NCBI GenBank assembly: GCA_051294375.1
Contig: JBJCIZ010000028.1
Coordinates: forward strand, 1,560,234-1,624,233
Source of the DNA: Paraspadella gotoi
Lineage: Eukaryota; Animalia; Chaetognatha
DNA: 64,000 bases
Reading direction: 5' to 3'
Numbering within the stretch: the first letter of the stretch is position 1; every line of letters starts with the position of its first letter. Of the stretch, positions 55,701-64,000 are shown piece after piece. A program made the position numbers and the translations under genes. Under the pieces are notes generated by a model, which worked only from the letters and a program-made list of their open reading frames with translations, did no database searches and was not told the DNA's origin.

Positions 55701-57580
55701 GCATATCTCGAAAAGCAAGTTGATTAAAAAACGACTTGAGATGATTGTTGAAGAAACTTGCAGGCGACTTGCTATGTATCTGCAAAGAGTGATAGCCTAA
55801 ACCACAAAGCTGCCAAAGTCAGAGCAAGATAGCTTATATAAATGAATGGATAATTTTTTTATTATGTTTACCAATTACATAAAAACGTAAAGAAGAGCAG
55901 AAGAAAAATAAAAAGAAATAAAAACAACTTTCTTTTTTAACTTTACCTTCCTCATTCACTACCTTTCAGACCCATGAGCATCTTCCACTTCTTTCGCCAC
56001 TTCATCGCGACTCGAAAGTCTGAGGTTCGCATGGAGACAATTACAACAGGCGTCGCTTGGCGTTGGGAAAGACAAAAGCCTTTTCGATCGGTCCAAAGTC
56101 CACGCCCTTACACAGGTTAGACAAAGGTTGGACAGCACAATGAATCGATCTAAGATCCCGCCTGATCACTGCATCTTTTAATGAATAGTTTGATAAGTTT
56201 GCTGTTTCATACATCGTTGCTTGATACGCTTTGGACTAAGTGAAGAGTCCTCCGCAATTCTATTAACCCACCTCTAGAGCCATGATCTCCTAGGACTGAA
56301 CCAGGTTGAGGTTCAAGCCTCCCAAGGCTTATACGGCCGTTCACGCTTCCCGAGTGTACCTGGGGATCATCACGACAATTGGATCGATCTCGGTACAATT
56401 GGGTATACTCGACATTGGGATCGATCCGGTACCATTGGTCGATTTCGGTACAATGGATCGATCCCGTACATTGGGGAATCATCCGTACAATTGGGATCAA
56501 ATCTGTACATGACAATTCGATTCCATTGGAGATATCTTAGTTACAATTGGCGACATCCCCTAGNNNNNNNNNNNNNNNNNNNNNNNNNCCCGCGGGAAGC
56601 GTGAAGACGGCCGTAAACCGCCTTGGGAGGCCTTGGAAAACCCTCAACCCTGGTTCCAGTCCTAGGACCCGATCCATGGCTACTAGAGGTGGTTAAAGAA
56701 GTTGCAGAGAGCACTCTTCAGTCCACGAAGCGACTTATCCGCACCAATGTACATCCGAACAAAGCAAACTTTCAATCTAAACTATCTCACTTTAAAAAGA
56801 GAGCAGGAGGCTCCAGGATTGAACCCGGGACGTAGATCATTCAGTCCTTTGTCTTGTCCCAACCCTTTGTCCTAACCTTTGTCGTAAGGCGGCGTGACTT
56901 TGACCCGATCGCAAAAGTCTTTGTCCTTCTCCCAATCGGCCAAGCGACGCCTGTTGTATGTCCGTCTCCATGGCGACCTCCAGACTTTGCGAGTCGCGAT
57001 CGAAGTCGGCGGAAGAAAAGTGGAGAGAGATGCCTNNNNNNNNNNNNNNNNNNNNNNNNNTAATTTTTTTGATTTATAAGGATTAGTATATATATAAATA
57101 AGCCCTGCGAAAATTAAAAAACATAAAATTAATTTTTTTTTATAAATTTATGTCACTGATGGTATTGTTGTTCATAATTACTTTTAGAATTTCCGGTACG
57201 TAACTTTCACTACGCCTTAGTGGGCAGATCGCATTGTTTTCTCAACTTTTTGTCTATTATGGATCATAATTCGTAAGCATATTTAAAATTACATTTATTT
57301 TATCAAAAACCTCGAATGTATATTAATATAACTTTTTTCTTATAAATATAATACAAAGAACGAGTAAACAGGTCTTGAGATCTTTTATTTGATTAAAAAT
57401 TAAATTTTAAAATTTAAACAGGATACAAAAGATCAACATGGATTAGAATAGTTAAATCAATCGATCAATTATTGCTATCAATCAGTAATTCAAATAAATA
57501 ATCAGTCTATTCAATAAATCATTAAATTTAATCCATAAATGTGATTCGGTAAATTAACAAATTTAAATCAAATCCATCAA
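46780..57580. other. low-quality, redundantly assembled segment containing duplicate and inverted FAM20C fragments and N gaps
   Basis: 46780-47329 matches 57090-57580; 48050-48262 matches 58660-58878; 54765-55280 matches 58970-59490; 55870-56540 is a noisy inverted copy of 59480-60310; 56590-57035 matches 59705-60140. Differences are mostly single-base indels. Confidence 0.8.
49900..53850 (+). mobile_element. possible decayed or noisily sequenced transposase region (KDZ-like motifs)
   Basis: Coding-like composition with broken frames; fragments CAKQHDCLL, DT..CSL and FIDTF(H) occur in the order expected for KDZ transposases, but only after assuming indels. Confidence 0.25.
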
Positions 57581-58005
57581 TTCTAAAATCAAATCAAATC
57601 AAACAAATCAAAATAAAATCCAAAATCTAAATAATCAAAATCGAAATCCAAATCGAAATTCAAAAATTCAAATAAACAACAAATCAGAATCAAATCAATC
57701 AATCAAATAATCAAAATCAAAATAAATCAAATACAAAACAAATCAAACTCAAAACAAATGACAAACAAATCACTCAAGTCACATCAAATCAACAATCAAA
57801 TCAAATCCAAATACAAATCAATCCAAATCAAATCAAATCAAATTCATCAAAAATAAACAAAATCAAAAATCAAACAAAATCAAATCAAAACAAATACAAA
57901 TACAAATACAAATCTCAAGCTATCAAATCAAATCAAATTCAAATCAAATCAAAATCAAATAGTCATCAAAACAAAACAAACAAAACCAAAACAAAGAAAA
58001 CAATC
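57580..58005. repeat. degenerate (TCAAA)n pentanucleotide satellite
   Basis: Long imperfect AATCA run; a similar tract lies at ~10170-10290. Confidence 0.85.
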
Positions 58006-58016
58006 CTAGAGCTCCG

Positions 58017-61000
58017 ATCAAACCTCATCACCGCACGACGTCTCCCACGTCGAGTTCCTCGTGCATCCGTGGACGATCTTGAGGACACGGCCGACCCTCC
58101 GGTCGAGGCCTCGAGGTGCTCCGCGGGCCAAAGACCGGCGCCACCGGATCGGCGAAGGCCTCGACGGGCGAGCTTCGCCCGAAGGCCCGCGCCGAGTCTC
58201 CGGCCTCGTAGGAACGGACGACGGCCCTCGGAGAGGCTCGTCGGTGACGCCCTTGTGGAAGTGAGGATTTGGCGAGAGTGGAGCGCGGATGAAGCAGCAC
58301 TGGATGAGAGGAAGGGAGGGGGGTGGGTAGGTGGGAGGCGGACGGGGTAGGTGCGAGATAGAGAGAAAAAATGATGATGTGTATGGGATGAAAGTCCGCT
58401 TAGTGATCTAGTGACCGTGTCTGAGAAAGATCAGCTCACCAGGTCGTCAATCCACGGTACACTCGGGGAAGTAGGGGGAACCGCCTGGCTGGAAAACCTA
58501 AAGCGGTCCAAGCCAGACCGTTCAATGCTGGGTTAAGAGTAGATGACAGCCATCGCCTATCAAATGCAATGTAAGAATAAGGACGAAATGAAAATAAAAA
58601 TGAACAAGAATGAATAGAGCAGCTGGAGAATGAATAATAAAGGGATGAATGTACGAATGAGGGACTGGAGGGATTGATCGATGAGCGAAGAGAATGAATA
58701 TATGAAAATATCTTCACCAAATGACGATTTTAAAACAAAACAGATTTAATCTAAAAAAAAAACAAAAAAGAAAACATCGAGGAGGATCCACCTGAAACAA
58801 GGAGCAAGAATGAGACTTCGTCGTGATGCATCTTTCCAAATCCGCGACCTTAAAAATGGAGAGGAGTGGGCGATTTCACCTCCTCCTTCTTCCTTCCTCT
58901 CTCTCTCGCTCTTCTCTCTCTACTCTCTCTCTCTCTCACCGTTATCAAGATGCAACACGAAGTGTATCATTAGCGAATCTTTAAACGTTTCGTAATGATG
59001 TCGGTCCATGTTTCCTTGAAGGAAAATCAAAGATTGCTGTGTCTATGAGGTCGGCGAGACGACGACCTGAGGAATAACAACATTTTAATATTATTTAATT
59101 AATTATTAATTAAATTAATATAATTTAATCGTTAAACTCAAGGAAATTCTGTCTCCTTTTCTAAGAAATAATCAATTTATTCCAATTATATAAAAGATAA
59201 AATTAACAAACGAAGTATCAAAATTTTAATCAAGAATCTCCGACAGTCAAATTAATAACCTCTTATGTTCTGGTACATATACTTTTAGGAAGGGAACCGT
59301 TCAACTGTCCAAAGTCAGGATTCAAGCAACAGCCTGATTTAACAAATAATGGCTTATTTTTTATATCGGTTGTAACAAGTGTTAGAGTTTTTCCTGACAA
59401 ATGTAGTCGGGCATTACAAGTCACGCCGTCGTGACCGGTGGTCTTTGAGTAACATCAAGCTCATGACCATTAGGTACCGGGATCGATCCCCAATTGTAAC
59501 GAATGATCTCCATGACGAGATGATCCCCAATTGTACCAAGATGATCCCCAATTGTACGAGATCGATCCAATTGTACGGATCATCCCCAATTTGTCCAAGA
59601 TCGATCCCCAATGTACGAGATCGATCCCCAATTGTACCAGATCGATCCCCATGTACCGAGATCGATCCCAATTGTACCGTGGATCGATCCCCAATGGTAC
59701 CACTCCGCGGGAAGCGTGAAAGAGGCCGTAAACCGCCTTGGAGGCCTTAGAAAACCCTCAACCCTGGTTCCAATCCAGGACCGATCCATGGCTAGCTAGA
59801 GGTGGTTAAAAGAAGTTGCGGAGGACTCACTCTTCAGCCACGAAGCGACTTATCAGCACCATGTACTCCGAACAAAGCAAACTCATCTACCTATCTCACT
59901 TTTAAAAAGAGAGCAGGAGGCTCCAGGATTGAACCCGGACTAGATCATTCAGTCCCTTGTCTTGTCCCAACCTTTGTCCTAACCTTTGTCGTAAGGCGGC
60001 GTGACTTTGACCGATCGCAAAAGTCTTTGTCCTTCTCCCAATCGGCCAAGCGACGCCTGTTGTATGTCCGTCTCCATGGCGACCTCCAGACTTTGCGAGT
60101 CGCGATCGAAGTCGGCGGAAGAAAGTGGAAGAGATGCCTCAATGGTGTCTGAAAGGTAAGTGATGAGCGAAGGTAAGTTTAAAAAAAAAGAAAAGTTTGT
60201 TTTATAAAAGAAGTTATTTACTTCTATTTTTCTTTCTGCTTCTTTACTTTTATGAAAATTGGTCAAAACCAATAAAAAATTATCCATTATTTAATAAATA
60301 AGCTATCTTGCCCCTGACTTTGGACAGGCTTTGGTGGTTTAAGGGCCTCCATACTCTTCAAGAATAATGACATGCAGGTCCTGCAAGTTTCAATCAAAAC
60401 TCTCTCACAGTCTCGTTCTTTTTATTCACTCCCAGAATAATACCTAGCTTCCCTATCAATGAAGTGGAAAATATTTCAAAAGAATGTTTCAATTGTATGA
60501 AAGACACTCCCTTTTTTTTCCTTGGATTTTTTCCATTTTTATTTATATTTTTGATACTGTCACATGTCTCGGCTCTCTCTGTCACTGTCTCGCTCTCTCT
60601 CCTATGAAATACTCTCCTCCTTTCATTAAACTTTCATTTCTCCTCGTTTGTCTCTTGTTTTCTCAGTCCCGCCCTTGCTCTCCCCTCTCTCTCCCCCACC
60701 TGGTTTTCCACACACAGCGTGTGATGTATCACAGTAATAAGTGCATTTTCCGGTGAAGCAAAGATTTTCGGCGGGAGAAACGAAAAATGTTTTGAGAAGT
60801 CGAGCGTTCGCCGACTCCATTATATCTGAGGAAGATAATGCATTAATTTAAATTTAACGTTTTAAAATAATTTTGTTTTTTAAAGTACTTTTTTTAAACT
60901 TAACAGCTTTGCAACTTGTACTTAAATTCATGGAACGGTGCAACTTTATAAGTCACTTTTTGGTTGGTTGGTCGGTTAGTCAGTCGGATGGTCTGTCAGT

Positions 61001-62835
61001 TGGTCCCTTGGTCTGTCCTACTTATGCTTTAAATGCTCATAAGTCAGGTAATATCGTATCAATTAATATTTATCATATTTGGTAGAAAATTAAGGTACTA
61101 TAAAATGCATATGTAAAGCCATATGTATCATACTAGGGAAGTCTAATGATCACCTAAAAATACTTTTCCGGCTTAAAAATCATTACCCAAAGCAAGATGA
61201 AAAACCTATCCAAATAAAGCAAACCTTTTTCAGCCCAAAAAAGATCATTACCCGAGGTAAGGTTAAAAATCTATCCCGCTAAGGCAACCCTTTTTCAGCC
61301 CAAAAAAGATCATTACCCGAGGTAAGGTTAAAAACCCTCCCGACGCAAGGCGGGACGCGATGAAACCCTAACGCGCGATCGAGATGAAATGCGGCGATCT
61401 CCGCATGATGGCGTTCGAAGTCGACGAAGTAAAAATGATCTGGATGAGTTTCGTGCGAGCGAGAAAATCTCATCGGTTTGAACATCGCTTTGCCAGAATC
61501 TGAAAAGGGGATGGATTCAGGGGTAGGGGGATTAAAAGGGGTTAAGGGGAGGGCGTTAAGGGGAGGGGGGTTTAAAAGGGGTTAAGGGGAGGATAGAAAA
61601 AGGGAAAGAGGGATAGAATCATCATAGAAAAATGGGAGGTTAGGAGATAAAATAACCGTTACATTGCTACAGACTGGAAGAGGAAAGAGAGGTTGTCCAA
61701 ATACGTATATGAAATTGGTACAATCGATATAAAAATTGTTTAAATCATAAAAATTGTAATTGAAAAATTTGTGAAAAAAACTGTAAAAAAAACTATTGAA
61801 TGATAAAAATTTATGAAACTTGTACAACCAATTCAAAAATTAACTAGTTAATGAACAGTGAATAATAAACAAACCTTTAAACCCACTTACAAGATAATAA
61901 CCTAGCAGGAACCCGAAAGCTGTTATTCAAAACTTTTTCCCTATCTAATTTATTCACTTCCATAACGCTTTGCTTTACATTAGGTGATATAATATTTTTT
62001 ACGTTGTGTTTCATAAAGTATTAGGTTATAAATGTACTATTGTATTTCCCACTAGTATAAAAATACTAAAAACTGACTTTTAAGAAATCGAGAATTGTTA
62101 CCGCTATAGAGCATATTTTGGCTTATATACGCTTGACTTAAATTAACTAGTTTAATGTTTAAAGTTTAGATTTGATAAGTCTGAACATTGATTCAACTGA
62201 CCCGCGAATGTAATGATAAGTTTAAGCTGCGTCCCTCCGGCCTTCAGCTCTGCTTTGACGATCCGTTGCGTCGCCATGTCGCGAAGAAGTCGCTCAACGT
62301 ATGAAGCACCTCCTATGGGAGATGAAGGAAAAGAAATCATGTCAGTTGGGTCACATTTTCCAAAAGCGCTCTATTTCAACTTAAATTTAGTTTAAAGATT
62401 AGGTTTGTGGTTAGGGAAAGGGGAGAGTCGGTTTGGGATTAGGGTTAGGCTTAAGAAATTATAAAATAAGGTTTTGGATTAAGGTTAGATATTAGAATTA
62501 ATAATTATGAATTTGGGTTAGAGATTACTAAGTTAAGGTCAAGGATGTCAATATTAGTGCTAATATTGATTAATTGAAATAATTTTTTACAGATTAGAAC
62601 GAACATAAAAAGGCAAATATTCAAACTGCCTTTTAGTTTATCATCAGTAGCGAATTCACAAATAAAATATTTTAGACAAATAAAGAAAATTCGAGAGATT
62701 ATATCTGCACGCTCAATATTATTATTATTTTTTAAATGTTTTTAAATGTTTACCTCGATACATCTCGTACTGATTGATGTTGTTATGGAATATTTCCCAA
62801 GATGGCAGTGAAGAATCGTTTCTCGTCTGAAAGAG

Positions 62836-62878
<43 letters not shown>

Positions 62879-63534
62879 TTGTAAAAGACCCCGAACTTGC
62901 CGGTTCTTAATTTCCAAAAACAACTTAATCTCAAAAATACCTCATCTGATTTTTCGTTTTCTTTTCTTTGCGACGTTAATTCGATGTTTGGAAAATTGAT
63001 GTCGTCGTCGTTGTTGTTGTTGTCGTCGTCGTTGTCGTCGGAGGCGCTAATGTTCGATGCTCCAGAATGAGCGCTTTCGCTCTGCAAATAATAAGTTACG
63101 GTTTTATAATATGTCTTACACAGAGATTTGAGAATCCATCATCATGGTACTAGGTGATCACATAAAGTTTAAATAGTTTGACAAACAAAAAATCTTTATC
63201 CACCATCCATTAGATACAGATTATTTCCGGCAACTGTTAATCATAAGTGTAATAGTCGTTAACGCGATTGTAAAGAGAATTTTTAACCTTCGCTAAGAGT
63301 CGAAGTCTGTTGCTCCTTTGTTTCTTGAGATTCTCCACCGTTTTTCGCCCTCTGGCGTCGACGAGGTTAGACTGAAGAGCATCAACAACTAAAGCGAGGG
63401 CAGCGGGATCGAGACTGGTAAAAAGAAATCAAAAACTTTAAAAAATATGTAAATTATATGTCTTGATATTTTAAATACGATAAAAAAACTGGATGGTGAA
63501 CTTAAAATTGAAGCATTAGACTTTAGAAGAGAGG

Positions 63535-63566
<32 letters not shown>

Positions 63567-63799
63567 TAAGTGGAGGATTGCTTGCTGCAACGTAAGATCT
63601 AGTTTTAATTAAGTGATTACAGCTTTACTAAATTTTACGTCTGTCGTGATTTTTCTTCATTTGTTTTTAGCCACGTGTCGGCTGCGTCGGCTACGTCGGG
63701 CTGCTGCAGCGGTGACATCGATTCGTCTGTTAGTAAAATTATAGTTCATTTCATACAATTTCATACAATGAAATAGGACAAACGTAGAGAAAGACGAAG

Positions 63800-63853
<54 letters not shown>

Positions 63854-63968
63854 CTTCTTTCCCTACAAACTTGAATCCACGAGATGTTTAGGTCGCAGGC
63901 GACTTCGAAGAAAGACGCTCCCGCCGCCGCCGCCGCCTCCGCCGCCTCCGCCGCCGCCGCCTCCGCCT

Positions 63969-63999
<31 letters not shown>

Positions 64000-64000
64000 C
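58017..64000 (-). CDS. FAM20C: FAM20C-like secretory-pathway (Golgi casein) kinase, 5' end beyond the window; 3' exons carry indel errors
   Basis: Exons translate to [15 protein letters not shown] (~62755-62826), [26 protein letters not shown] (~62200-62308), [39 protein letters not shown] (~61311-61499), [24 protein letters not shown] (~60699-60826), [14 protein letters not shown] (~59985-60148), [23 protein letters not shown] (~58940-59066), RGFGK.HHDE (~58790-58849) and CCFIR..DPVAPV..EHLEA (~58020-58299). Confidence 0.92.
59478..59700. repeat. ~21-22-bp minisatellite (GATCGATCCCCAATTGTACGA)n in a FAM20C intron
   Basis: About 10 imperfect units; noisy inverted copy at ~56360-56560. Confidence 0.85.
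59903..59975 (-). mobile_element. tRNA-derived SINE-like fragment in a FAM20C intron (duplicate at ~56794-56870)
   Basis: B-box GGGTTCAATCC followed by TGGAGCCTCCTGCTCTC and a T5 run; the A-box is poorly preserved. Confidence 0.4.

Noticed and set aside
58390-58570. Further tRNA-head/ribozyme element in the last FAM20C intron
   Set aside because: A SINE-like GC-rich patch, but the sequence is noisy and no twister, hammerhead or HDV core could be fitted.

Overview
AT-rich invertebrate metazoan genomic DNA (spliceosomal introns, AG microsatellites, N gaps; the right third is an error-rich, partly duplicated assembly). In order: a 5S rDNA-containing higher-order repeat (two 5S genes, - strand); a six-exon SLP-76/BLNK-like SH2 adaptor gene; one replication-dependent histone quartet (H2B/H2A and H4/H3 divergent pairs, no H1 seen); two tandem KCTD-like BTB genes; an intronless SRSF4/5/6-like gene; three tandem genes for two-domain, Cys-rich, probably GPI-anchored proteins of a family I do not recognise; and a FAM20C-like kinase gene running off the right end. 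The most notable signal is non-coding: a family of ~180-270 bp dispersed elements (5 copies) in which a tRNA-like Pol III head is followed by a circularly permuted (type P5) twister ribozyme fold. The T1 pseudoknot and P4 covary between copies, P1 is reduced to a short palindrome, and some copies have TG-type termini with 4-bp RTAY target duplications. Minimal Penelope-type hammerhead motifs and a covarying three-hairpin motif in the 5S spacer are also present. All calls come from reading the sequence by eye; no searches or folding programs were run.
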